A model generated the notes under the pieces. The model did not search any database, had not been told where the DNA came from, and worked only from the letters and a program-made list of their open reading frames with translations. A stretch of 64,000 bases of DNA from Octopus sinensis (Eukaryota), in the NCBI RefSeq assembly GCF_006345805.1, contig NC_043006.1, forward strand, positions 59,458,001-59,522,000, written 5' to 3'. Positions 25,499-40,340 of the stretch are shown one piece after another. Each line of letters opens with the position of its first letter. Positions within the stretch are counted from its first letter, which is position 1. The position numbers were made by a program, and so were the translations under genes.

Positions 25499-25857
25499 TA
25501 AATGTGTGTGAGCGCGCGTGTATATTGTAATAAGGTAATGAGACCTGAAATGATTTTCGTATACAGGAAGAAATGGTAAAGGGAATATATATGTTGTACC
25601 TTTGAGTCACGTAACACATGTTCATATTGGCTTGGAAACATAATTCGTTGCTATTATGCTAAAGTGTCGTAAGTCCAAAACGTTGCTTTTCCAGAAAACG
25701 AAAAAATGGCAAAATCGTTGTACTACACTTTTGGTGTCTGAAGTAGCTGGAGATATGATAGTTTGACCAAAAGAACCGGCTATTGAAAGCAAAAATAAAT
25801 GTTGAAAAAAACACATTTGGCCAAATTTGGACATATGACAGTTTAACAAAATAGCAA

Positions 25858-25890
<33 letters not shown>

Positions 25891-25892
<2 letters not shown>

Positions 25893-26212
25893 TGAATGGA
25901 AGAAATGGAGTTGAACGAAGATTGTACAGAATTCCTTTTATTACATTCTACACATGTTTCAAAGGCCACAAATTTCCAAATTCTGATTAAATAAGGGTAC
26001 CATATTGTGGCTTTCTCTTCAGGAAAAAACAGGAATTCCGTTGACAGAACAAAACAAAACAACGGAATTCCTGTTTTTTCCTGAAGAGAAAGCCACAATA
26101 TGGTACCCTTATTTAATCAGAATTTGGAAATTTGTGGCCTTTGAAACATGTGTAGAATGTAATAAAAGGAATTCTGTACAATCTTCGTTCAACTCCATTT
26201 CTTCCATTCACT
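25891..26212. repeat. Perfect 153-bp-arm palindrome (16-nt loop) with a hammerhead motif in each arm
   Basis: 25891-26043 is the reverse complement of 26060-26212; the ORF track gives the same peptide on both strands. Confidence 0.95.
26064..26174 (+). ncRNA. Type I hammerhead motif (mirror copy on minus at 25929-26039)
   Basis: CTGAAGA (26081), stem II GAAAGCCACAA/TTGTGGCCTTT, GAAA CAT-gtgtaga-ATGT A; proximal stem I is imperfect. Confidence 0.6.
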
Positions 26213-26369
26213 AATAATATTAAACTTCAATTATCCGCACCAACGCACGGTTGCAACACCAAATGGTCTTATCTCCAACCGTGCTTTTTTTCTGCTGTGA
26301 TTTTTGCTACCCAGGTATCGGTTAAACTTTTGAATAATCTGTAACAAGAAAATTCATCTTTCTATTTCA

Positions 26370-26373
26370 ACAA

Positions 26374-26441
<68 letters not shown>

Positions 26442-26688
26442 ACATACGCACATGCATGCATGCATGCACACGCGCACACCTACACGCATACACACACACA
26501 CACGCACGTACACATACATACATACACACACGCATACATACACCCATACACATACATGCATCCTACACACACATGCATACACACTCACACATACATACAC
26601 ACACACACACTCACTCACACACCTGTATGTACGCGCACACACATGCACATACACACACTTCCCCACACCCACACGTACATACATACAC

Positions 26689-26722
<34 letters not shown>

Positions 26723-27704
26723 GGACATACATCTATGCACACACATACATACACACATACTCACATACATTCATCGGACACACTGCCACCCGGACATACA
26801 CACAGACACACTCACACATCCACACACATACATACTTACGCACATACTCGCGGGCGCGCGCACGCACGCGCTTGCGCCGGTTCGCGCACGCATACGCGCC
26901 GCAGTCACCTCGCTCTTGGACCCGACGAGACCTCCCGCCCGTTCCTGGGACCGTCGCGTGTCGTTGGGTTTTCCCACGCCCGTCTCCGCGGGACCACTCT
27001 TCCATCTTCCCCTCAGCTGGAGTCCTTTTTCCTTAACGCCCCCCCTTTTTCGTTACACACGCGCGCACACATATACACACATTGCTTAAATATATACATT
27101 ACTCTTACACACATTCAATCTACTCGCCATTAATACCACCACGACACTGGACACACACACACACTACTACTCAACACACGCTGGCACGCTACATACGCCC
27201 CCACCCCTTCCCCTCCCTCCCTTCCTCCTTCCTTCTTTTTCTTACTACTGACCTTGTCTGCTAAGCTGACCACTAGTCTCGCCCTACCTCACACGCCTAC
27301 ACACAGACGCACACACTAACACACACATATATATTTTTGTGTTTTTTCATCTCGCCTCACACACACACATACACACACGCACACGCACACACTCACACAT
27401 ACACACACATCTGTTGCGTTACCAACCTTATCTCCACTCTTTTGCCTTTAAAAACCCACTTTGCTCTGTTTTCGTAAACATCCGCCTTTCACCATGTGCA
27501 ACTCGTAAACACCAGTCGTCTTTTTTCTCTTTCCCTGTTGCCCGCTCTGGGATCTTTCTTTCCTCTCTCTTCCTTCTTTATGTTTCCGACGAAGAGCTCC
27601 GCTCGAAACGTCATACCTCCCTGCTTCCATTTCCTGAGCGCCTATTAATAATAATACTGTAATTGTTCCATTGTTGTTGTTTTTTTTTGTTTCCCGTTTG
27701 GATA
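26370..27704 (+). mobile_element. CA-rich PLE pseudo-LTR-like segment ending in a family F1 hammerhead element
   Basis: 3' part homologous to 48323-48488 and ends TTTGGAT next to (TA)n; 5' boundary uncertain. Confidence 0.5.
27582..27616 (+). ncRNA. Minimal hammerhead motif, U4C variant
   Basis: GTTT CCGACGA A GAGC-tcc-GCTC GAAAC GT C ATAC. Confidence 0.65.
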
Positions 27705-27726
27705 TATATATATATATATATAATAT

Positions 27727-27772
<46 letters not shown>

Positions 27773-27786
27773 CATATATATATATA

Positions 27787-28055
27787 AGTGGAGGCGCAAT
27801 GGCCCAGTGGTTATGGCAGCGGACTCGCGGTCGGAGGATCGCAGTTTAAATTCCCAGACCGGGCGTTGTGTGTGTTTATTGAGCGAAAACACCTAATGCT
27901 CCACGAGGCCCCAACTTTTTTTCACTCTTTCTTCCTGTTTCTTGAGTAACGCCGCGATGGACTGGCGTCCCGTCCAGCTGGGGGCGCGGAACACATACAC
28001 CATAGAAACCGGTAAACCGGGCCCATGAGCCTGGTTAGGCTTCAAAAGGGCGAGA
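27787..28055 (+). mobile_element. SINE with family A head and tail X
   Basis: Head as at 14001; tail GAGTAACGCCGCGATGGACTGGCGTCC...TTCAAAAGGGCG shared with 33988. Confidence 0.85.
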
Positions 28056-28214
28056 AAAACACACACACACACACATACACACACATATATATATAGTTCG
28101 GATTTACCTTCTTCTTTCCCTACACCTATCAATTTACAAAAACCGCCCCCACACACATACACACACACACATGCATACATGTATATATATATACATACGT
28201 GCGTGCGTGCAAAT

Positions 28215-28520
28215 GCGCCAATAATCTGCGTGACCTACTGGTCCGCAGTTTCTTCTCTACTCCTGGCACCTTGCCTGGCTCCTTCCCCATCTCTCACCCA
28301 CACTGTGACACCTGCCCTTACCTCTCCAACACCACTACCCTTACCGGCACCCACCAGTGTCCCTCTCACACAACCGACTTTTTTACCTGCACCTCAAGCG
28401 ATGTCATCTACTGCTCTATCTGTCCTTCCCTGTATGTTGGTTAAACGGGGCGACGCTTGCACAGGGGCCACCCAGACTACTGTCTCCGCCGTGAACAGGA
28501 ATTAATCTTTTCCCTTCATT
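28215..28520 (+). pseudogene. Penelope-like GIY-YIG endonuclease fragment
   Basis: NLRDLLVRS..HPHCDTCPY..FTCTSSDVIYC..SLYVG*TGRRL. Confidence 0.85.
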
Positions 28521-29108
28521 CTTTTGCTCCTTATGACCTTAATTCGCTACCTCTCTTCATCTAACCCCACACATATTCCTACACACATCCTACCCTTAAC
28601 TGCCCCTCCCCTACACCCACACATGTGCACTGCTTAACTCAGTACCCTCAGCACACACCACTATACAAACACTAATACACACTGTTCAACTCAGTACTCA
28701 CCACACACCATTACGCAACACCCACACACATTTACACAAACATGTACACACACACACCCCTGCCCACTCTATAAACACTAGCACCCAACACTTCCCAGTA
28801 CCCACACCACGCACCACTATGCATTCTCTCAGGTTATTATACGATAACCGCTGCACCCTGTTCGAAATTCACATCACTCCACCCGACGCACGCACTAGGT
28901 TACTTATACATAGACATACACGATAGCTTTACACACATACTATACAGAGACTCACGCACACATATATACACACGTGAATACGCCCACACACACACACAAA
29001 TACACAAAACGCACATCACTCCACACAACGTACTCACTAGGTTACTTGTATACACACACATGCGTTCCCAGACGCACACACAGGCCCAAGCGTTTGCACA
29101 CACGCACG

Positions 29109-29167
<59 letters not shown>

Positions 29168-29189
29168 GGTGGCCTGGCATGTACATACA

Positions 29190-30577
29190 AGAATCACCAC
29201 GCCAACTGAATAATGCTCATTTCAAAACCAAACAATCTTACAAACCACAACTAGAAACAAGTCTCCACCACTATTTGTTTTTATCTCTTCCGGCTCCCTT
29301 CACTGTCACTAACCTCATCATCACCACCCTCCGAACCTCAACTATCTGCTTTGTTCCCAAAATTCACAAACCACGCATTCTTAGTCGAACAGTTGTCTCA
29401 TCCTGAAACTGCACCACGACACTTCTATTATCGTACTTGGACAAACTATAATCTCCTATTGTCGCTGCCCTACCCTCCCATACTAACACGTCAACGATTT
29501 CCTAAATCTCTTCAACGCGTTCTCTTTTCCCTCTAGAGAGCCCAAGCACCGTTTCACCATAGATATCAAATCATTGCACACCGTAATCCTCCATAACAAC
29601 GGCTTAGTAGCCCTCTATCAATCCTTAGACTGTCACTCCCTACTCGAATTTAGTGCTACTACACTTCTCCGCCTAGCGTAGCCAGTCCTATACCTTCATT
29701 GCTTTTCTTTCTTTAGGGAATTTTATAAACAATTCAGCCGTGTTACTATGGGAACTAGGATGAGTGCCGATTATGCCACCCTCTTTGTAGGCCATATTGA
29801 AGAGCAAATCTTTGCTCAATTCACCGGACCTATCCCAGAGCTCGATGATCGTTAATGACTAAGTAGACGCTATCATCCTTACTCGATCAAAGCTCAGCAA
29901 TTTTATTCCCTTCGTTAATTTCAACCCTGCATTGAAATTTATCTCCACCGTATTCGATAATTCTGTTAGTTTTCTTGATATCTCCATCAACATAACAATA
30001 TCTCCCTATCTACCTCTGTCCACTACAAATCAGCTGTCTACCACTTTTAACTCCACTACTCTTCTTCTCACTCCAAACACACTAAATCTGCCAAACCTTT
30101 CTCTAAATTCCTTGACCTTCGCCAACTCTGTAGTGCTAGTTCACATTTTGAATCCCAATGTCAAACAATGCCACTATTTTTCCTGAATAGGAGGTGCCAT
30201 CGATCAGTTGTGGTCCCGGCTCTCCGCCGAATCCAGGCCTTCGACCTCACTACCGTTCTCTAACTTTCTTTACGCACGTCTACGGACTATATTCCACCTG
30301 TTCATCATCCCATTGAAAGATAAATTCATTCACACCCTCCGTATTTTACTGTGTGATCCGACAACCACTCCAGTCTTTCCCGCACCACCTCTCGCCTTTA
30401 AAAAAGATAAGAACCTATCCTCTAGTAAGAAGCTTCACAACACCCAACCCAACTCAACTTTTAAATGCACTCTCCGACGATGTAGTACCTGCTCTTACAC
30501 AAACAGCATTACTATCATCACTGGGCCTAAAACACAATACCATGTTACTCAGAATATCTGTTGCATCTTCAAAGTAA
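29190..30577 (+). pseudogene. Penelope-like RT through start of GIY-YIG, cut by a mariner
   Basis: FVPKIHKP, FTIDIKSL, VTMGTRMS, FNPALKF..VSFLDISI, CTLRRCSTCSYT..TGPK; many frameshifts. Confidence 0.85.
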
Positions 30578-31350
30578 CTGTCACTGGGATTGGACTTCAG
30601 TTTGGGGAACGACCAAAATTAGCGAGGAGCAATATCTGGCTTGTAGGGCGGGTGAGGGACAGTTTTGATGCCATTTCTGTCATGTAGTTGGTTTTACCAG
30701 GATGGAATTGTGGATTGGCGCATTGCCACTTGCACAAGTGGAAGAGCTCTGGCCTTTGCAACAAAACACTTCCCTGAACTCCCTCTAAATCTTCCCAGGA
30801 TAGTTATCGTTGACCGTCTCATAACAGAGAAACCAGTGGATATAGATGATGTCGAAAAGTGGGGATCATCGTAAGTTTCCCGGTGAACATGCTCTGCCAG
30901 GCCTTCTTGGATCTGGAGTTCGAGGATGCTTCCATTGAGCACTGTCTTTTTGTCTCTGAATCATAACAGTAGATTCAGCTTTCACCACAGGCGACCAGTT
31001 TCTTAATTACTTTTTTAGGATTTGCTGTTACCATCGCGTTTTTCCTTCTGTTCGTCACTGAGTACCCTGGGAACAAACTTTAAATCATTAAAAATTCAGA
31101 TCTTCATGAATAATTCTGTGTGCAGTTGCCAAACCAGCTCCAAACTGTATGCTTATTGTTTTTGAAGACAGATAATTACGAATTGTCTGATATTCTGACA
31201 TTCCTCTCCCTCCCACACCTCACTTTGTATCACCCACTTTCGACCGTGTCCTTGGACCACTTCTGTCAGGGACAAACAGATGCTCGGTTCATACATGTTA
31301 GTTAATCCTTAAGCCGTCTAGAGCATTCCATAAGTTACTGTGGGCCAGTT
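30578..31350 (-). pseudogene. Mariner transposase fragment
   Basis: Minus frames: RIIHEDL, VACGES*IYCYDSETKRQ, RSKKAWQSMFTGKLTMIP, PELF..WQ; matches D,D34D mariner motifs. Confidence 0.8.
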
Positions 31351-31431
31351 TAATACAAAACTTTATTGTACACCGAGGATCTAAATTGTCTTCACGTATC
31401 GACTGCATTCTGTAAAGTGGTCAGCTGTGAT

Positions 31432-33720
<2,289 letters not shown>

Positions 33721-33987
33721 AGGACAGACATAGGTATTAAGTCGATTACATCGACCCCAGTGCGTAACTGGTACTTAATTTATCGACCCCGAAAGGATGA
33801 AAGGCAAAGTTGACCTCGGCGGAATTTGAACTCACAACGTAACGCAGACGAAATACCGCTAAGCATTTCGCCCGGCGTGCTAACGTTTCTGCCAGCTCGC
33901 CGCATATATTTCATCCACTAGCGAAATAAACAGGAACTAATTTCAGTGATAGATGTTTACAATTAAGGGTCACAAAGTTAAATATGT

Positions 33988-34235
33988 GGAGGCGCGTGGC
34001 TTAGTGGTTAGGGGTGTCAGCATCATGATCGTAAGATTGTGGTTTCGATTCCTGGACCGGGCGACGCGTTGTGTTCTTGAGCAAAACACTTCATTTCACG
34101 TTGCTTCAGTTCACTCAGCTGGCAAAAGTGAGTAACGCTGCGATTGACTGGCGTCCTGTTCAGCTGGGAAACACATACGCCATTCAAACCGGGAAACCGG
34201 GCCCATGACCCTGGCTAGGCTTTAAAAGGGCGCAT
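33988..34235 (+). mobile_element. SINE with D-type CORE body and tail X
   Basis: GTGTTCTTGAGCAAAACACTTCATTTCACGTTGCTTCAGTTCACTCAGCTG followed by the tail shared with 27787. Confidence 0.8.
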
Positions 34236-34677
34236 TTATTTTTATTTTAAATTAAATATAATTTTTAAAATATAAAACGGTATTTACTTGTAAGGCCAGG
34301 TATAGTACACAATATGGTACATTATTTCTACCCATAGCGCGCAATAGTACACAATATGGTAGATTATTTTCAACTATAGTGCAGTCAGAAGTTTTGACTA
34401 CAAATCAATTTTATATCTAAAAGTTGATAACATTCTCCTAGATATATATCATTAAGTATACCATGTGTGAAGTGTTACAAACGAAGGACAATAATTGGTT
34501 GGTGAAGTCTCAAGCGAGTCCAAACCTTGCTCTCTCCGAATTTGGGGTTTCTCAGGGGAAGTTGTTTTGAAGACATTGAGATGACGAAGTAGGCTGTGAC
34601 TAGGGTCCAGAGAAACTTCACTTTGGGGGACTTCCATGAGGCCTTCACGAAGTAGCTGGAGGAGGTTAGAGTTTTAC

Positions 34678-35621
34678 ACTTCTTTTAACTTCGGTAAAAA
34701 TGCTTAGCGGCATTTCTTCCGGCTCAAAACATTCTGAGTTCAAATCTTACCGAGGTAATAAAAAAACCCATTTCTCTTTCATCTATTCGGGACCGATCCA
34801 AGTACATGGGCTGATGTAATCGAGTTGCTCTCTCCCCTAAAAAAGAAATTGCTGAGCCAAACATTATGAAACAATTTTTTAGCCTTTATTTGTTATTTTG
34901 TTTTTCATTTTTCTCCTATCTTTATTCGTCTTGTACACAAACTCTTCTTGTTTTTGGGGGTTTTTTTGTTATTTTTCAACTTTTATTTGTAACACAGATT
35001 TTCAGCTTCAACAATCGCCCACCTTTTCCTATGAAGAAATCCTTTGTCATTTCTGTTTATCATTTTTTGTCGTAAACGTCATAAACTTGAATTTCAGTTT
35101 TTCAGATGTTTCTGTGCCACCAGTGTTTGCTATCATTTTATTGTTTGTTAAAAGATTACAACTGAAACAACAAAAGAATGTCTCTTATATATCATTTGAA
35201 ACCGGAAGACTGAAGTTTTCACCAGTCACAGTTTTTTGTCTATGTGAGTAGCCAACTGAAATATTAGGGAGTTTTTAGCCGAATATTAAAAAAAAAAGAA
35301 TATTAAAAAAAAATAATAAATAAAGGCTAAAAAATTGTTTCATAATGTTTGGCTCAGCAATTTCTTTTTTTAGGGGAGAGAGCAACTCGATTACATCAGC
35401 CCATGTACTTGGATCGGTCCCGAATAGATGAAAGAGTAATTGGTTTTTTTTATTACTTCGGTAAGATTTGAACTCAGAACGTTTTGAGCCAGATGAAATG
35501 CCGCTAAGCATTTTACCGAAGTTAAAAGAAGTTAAAAAAAACCCCAAAAAACAAGAAGAGTTTGTGTACAAGACGAATAAAGATAGGAGAAAAAAAAGAT
35601 AGAGAATATTAAAAAAAAAAA
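34678..35621. repeat. Local inverted, circularly permuted duplication (source 34678-34968, copy about 35314-35603)
   Basis: On minus the copy reads B(about 34905-34968) then A(34678-34900); flanked by GAATATT(A)9 direct repeats. Confidence 0.85.
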
Positions 35622-35799
35622 CACTAATCGGATATTGTGAAACGAATCTACGCCACACAGAACAACGAATTCTCACAAATATACAGTTTGTTCATAAATT
35701 ATCTTTACAACTTCCACAATTTATTGCATAGTATCGGCTGGATGTGTTGCTTGCAATCAATGAACTCAGTATAGAAGTGTATATATTTACCGAAAGAGA

Positions 35800-38200
35800 G
35801 GGAAGCAAAAACACTAGGGCAATTCAGGCTCATTTCACTGCTAAATATCGATGAGAAGATCATGTTTGGAATGATTGCCAGATTCGTACAGCATAACGGA
35901 TATGTTAATGAAGCAATCCAGAAGGCAGGGATCCCTCGAATCCATGGATGCATAGAACATGCATTTGCCATCTGGGAAGCTATCAACTGTACAAAACAAC
36001 AAGAAAATCCTGTACGTTGTATGGCTAGATCTTGCCAATGCATATAGATCTGTTCCACACGCACTAATTCAAGCAGCTATGGACTTCTTTTGGATTCCAG
36101 AAGATGTTCAACGAATGCTGATGTGTTACTACGATAAACTGAGGGTGAGATTTATAGCAGGAAAGTTCACAATGGAGTGACAACGGCTAGAAGTAAGTAT
36201 TGCAGCTAGATGCACGATATCAGTCATCTTATTTGTGCAAGTCATGGAGATGTTACTAAGATAAAAAACTATGAGAAATCTGTTAGAAAGACACCATTAA
36301 GGGATTTTATAGACGACGTTATTGTATCATCAGAATGTAGAGAAGCAGCAGATGGAACATTAGGGCGGTTGGACGAAATAACAGGATAGGCGAGAATGAA
36401 ATTCAAAGTCATAAAATCTCGAAGCGTGGCTTTCGTGAAAGGAGTTCAAAAAGAAGTGAAATTCAGGATAGGAGGTTAAGATATACCAACGGTGAAAGAA
36501 CAACCAGTAAAGAGTCTCGGCAGATGATACAGAGATTTATTAAATGATAAAAAGCAAAGCAAAGAAACACGAGATTTAGTGGAACAGGGACTAAAAGCAA
36601 TTGAGAGAACAACATTACTGGGGAAATTCAAATGCTGGATACTGCAATTTGGACTGTACCCAAGGATAATGTGGTCATTGCAAATGTACGAAATAGCCTC
36701 GAGTAGAGTAGAAAGGATGGAACAAAGATGCAGACGTTCATCAGAAAACGGGTTGGTCCTTCAAAACCCACTGAATACAACTACACTATATGGAAAACCT
36801 GTGCTGAAACTACCGATAACATCAATCGTCGAAGAATGAAAGGTAGGAAAAAGACGGCGAGCTGGCAGAAACTTTAGCACACCGAGCGAAATACTTAGCA
36901 GTATTTCGTCTGCCTTTATATTCTGAGTTCAAATTCTGCCGAGGTCGACTTTGCCTTTCATCCTTTAGGGGGTCGATAAATTAAATACCAGTTACGTCCT
37001 GGGGTCGATCTAATCGACCGGCCCCTCTCCACAAATTTCGGGCTTTGTGCCTGGAGTAGAAAAGAGAAAAAAAAAATAGAATATAAAGCGGGAAAGGCAA
37101 GGACAGTAATGATGCTCAGGTATTCGAAAAATCAGAACATCCGATAAAAACCCCATAAAGGTACGAAGAGAGAGGTAATGGAAAGCGGAAGAAACAGTAA
37201 ACAGCGCAATCGGAAAGCTAAGGCATGCCGATGTAGTCGAAGCGAAGCAAGAAGTAAGAGCCGGTCTAGGGTTGCACAATTTCAAACCATTTTGCATGAG
37301 CAATGCAAAATAGATGAAAGAGGCAGTGGTGCACGAAATGAGAAAGGAGGAAATAGAAAGGCGAAATGTACATTTGGTGCGATGTAGTCAGCGTGGTCAG
37401 TCGCAGAATCTCATGGAAGTAACTTTGGGTTTAGAAACAAGCAAGGACATCCTTACTGATCAAGTCTACCTTTGACTTTTGCCTTCACCGGCCAATTTAG
37501 TCCGGTGGAATATACAAACGACTGATGAATGTAGATGCGGAGAGAAAGCGACGGCGAGACATGTTCTGTCAAACTGTAGGCTAGCACTAGGCAGATATAC
37601 ATGGCGTCACAAACCAAGTCCTTGGTGTCATAAGCGCAGCACTCAAGGAGAAGATCGAGGGATTTAAGTGGGGAGAGTGCCCAAAAGTGGAAAAGCGCAG
37701 AAGGATGTACTTCCAGAAGGAGGGAAAATGTCATAAGAACAGGCCTTCAAAAAAAGTATACGAGACAGACGAAAGATGGAAAGGATACTGGGAGCTGGCC
37801 ACGGATTTGGAAAGACTGTTAATTTCTACTCATAAAAACAACAAAAAAGACCGGACTTAATTCGATGGAAGACAAAACGAAAATTTGGAATTTTGCTAGA
37901 GCTGACAGTGACGTGGGATGAGAGCATCGCTAATGCTGAGCAACGGAAGAAGAGGTATGAGAGATTAATCGGAGAGTGTGGGAAACGGACGGACTGTCGA
38001 GTATTACCACCTGGCAGTGGGGGCTAGAGGCTTCATTGAAAGGAAAATGGCGACGTTATTTAAAAGGTTTGCATTTTCGAGCACAGAGCTGAGGAAAGTA
38101 ACAAGGAGGAAACAGAAGGCAGTCGACAAAGCCAGCTTCTATATATGGCTGAAGCGAAAAGACCCGAAATTGCTTGAAAGCTATAACATACCGACTGGGA
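35800..38200 (+). pseudogene. Hero-like (R2 superfamily, RLE) non-LTR retrotransposon, 5' truncated
   Basis: QFRLISLLNID, QKAGIP..GCIEH, VWLDLANAYRSVPH, CTISVILF, PSPANLVRW..CRCGEKAT.RHVLSNC..GRYTWRH, AVGARGF; stops and frameshifts. Confidence 0.88.
36853..37070 (+). mobile_element. SINE B (tail 2) nested in the Hero-like element
   Basis: Interrupts IVEEYK.GKARTVMML; degenerate flanking repeat. Confidence 0.88.
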
Positions 38201-39377
38201 AATAGCGTCGCTAAGTGAGACTGGCTGCCACTTAAGCAGCGTTTCTGCTTGACAGGTGGGCCAAAGGAGTGATCTCCTTCATTGCGCGCCCTCCTCGCGA
38301 TAGTTCGAAGACATGTATCGCCAGACAGCTAGTCAGCTCTGGTTACTGGAACTGAAACTGAAACTAACACGACTCTGTTGGAAGGTAGGTTTATAGCGGG
38401 CGCGCGCCAAAACTACGCGTCCTTCATCACCATTGGTCAGTTGAAGCATAGATAGTGTCACGTGACAGTTAGCTGGTGCTGGCTGCTGGAGCCTACAGGC
38501 GAGTATTTATAGGGAAATTTGGCAGGATGGTCATCCGCCCGCTGACATTCGTTGACGCTGCATCTAAGAAACCAAAGAACGAAAGTCCAAATAAAAAAAG
38601 GAGAAAGAAAAAATGCGCTCAAGAACCAGAGTTGAAGACATCTCCGAAAGGTGGGGGCCCCACCACGTTGAAAACGGTTGAGGAGTAGGGGCTGAATCTG
38701 GACGTGGTTCCTTCTGATGGTGTTTTTAGACACTGGATTTTACAAGAGCTGTTGAGGTAGCGAACCACGAAACGTGGTTGGATATCCTCCTATAATATCG
38801 GCTAGATGTGTTGCTTGCAACCAATGGACTCAGTGTGGAAATGTTCTGGTGATTCTGATAAGACTTAATTTGTTTCCTATGTTTTCCAATAAATTCTGCC
38901 GAGTTATCCTTATTTTTCGTGATTTTTCTGAATTTTTCAAATTGTAAAAGTAATTTATGGACACCCCCTATATATAACAATTAACGCGCGCGCGCACACG
39001 CATACACTCACACACAATGTTTACTAAGCGAATCTAGACAGAAAGTCAATGACATTCATATTTAATTTTTGAGTGTGGTCGAGTTCATTTTTAGTATTCT
39101 CGTTTGTGAGAGGAGTCGAGTTAATTTCAGATATTTTCATTTTAAAAATCATCTCCGGCTAATCGTTGAGAGGACGTTGGTGTTGCCTTGGCGGAGGTTT
39201 GTTCTGTTTAAACATATTTTCGGAGGCTTCCTTATATGGTTAAGAAGTTCATTTTGCAACAGCCTGGTTTGCGCAGCACCTTCGGCAGATGTCCTAATGC
39301 TGGCCTGACCAATGCTTTGTGACTGAATTTGTTTGACACAAACCGTATTGAAGCACATTCTCACACACATATATGTC

Positions 39378-39434
<57 letters not shown>

Positions 39435-39436
<2 letters not shown>

Positions 39437-39663
39437 TTCTTTGCTGCCCACAAGGGGCTAAACATAGAGGAGACAAACAAGGACAGACAAAGGGATTAAG
39501 TCGATTACATCGACCCCAGTGCGTAACTGGTACTTTATTTATCGACCCCGAAAGGATGAAAGGCAAAGTCGACCTCGGCGGAATTTGAACTCAGAAAGTA
39601 ACGGCAGACGAAATACGGCTACGCATTTCGCCCGGCGTACTAACGTTTCTGCCAGCTCACCAC
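39435..39663 (-). mobile_element. SINE B (tail 1)
   Basis: Full copy between (TA)n and (TA)/(GT)n tracts. Confidence 0.9.
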
Positions 39664-39664
39664 C

Positions 39665-39707
<43 letters not shown>

Positions 39708-40037
39708 CAAATATATGCATGTGCTTGTGGTTTGTGTGTCTGCTTGTGTGTGTTTGCACCACGCATCACAGCTTGAAGACAAGTGTTGATTTGTTTATGT
39801 CTCTGCCACTTACTGATTCAGCCTAAGAGAACGATAGAGTAAGTAGAATATTCTTTTTAAAATAAGTATTGAGGTTGATTTGATCCACCGAGTTCTTTCA
39901 GGGCAGTGTCCCAGCCTGGCAGCAGTCTAATAAGTGAATGAAGTAAAAGAACAGTAAAAGGATACACTATGTGTTGCTTTATCTATTTTAAAAACTATTT
40001 TTGGTTATGAACATTCTTCGTGACACAATTAACTGCT

Positions 40038-40239
40038 ACTCTGGCAGAAACGTTAACGCGCCGGGCGAAGTGCTTAGCGGTATTTCATCTGCCACTAAGT
40101 TCTGAGTTCAAATTCCGCCGTTCTGAGTTGATAAATAAAGTACCAGTTTCGCACTGGGGTCGATGTAATCAACTTAATCCCTTTGTCTGTCCTTGTTTGT
40201 CCCCTCTATGTTTAACCCCTTGTGAGTAGTAAAGAAATA
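40038..40239 (+). mobile_element. SINE B, 5' truncated with internal rearrangement
   Basis: 13-bp TSD TAACTGCTACTCT; TTCTGAGTT duplicated with loss of mid-core. Confidence 0.85.
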
Positions 40240-40340
40240 TAACTGCTACTCTTTTCATTCCGTGTTGCTGTTTTTTTCTTCTTCTTGATCTGTTGCGATC
40301 GACTTATCTTAATTTTAAAATATATGTATATGATTTTCTA

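Noticed and set aside
38742-38785. CTGTTGA..GAAACGTG as a hammerhead in the Hero 3' region
   Set aside because: A6 is altered, position 17 is G, and there is no stem I.
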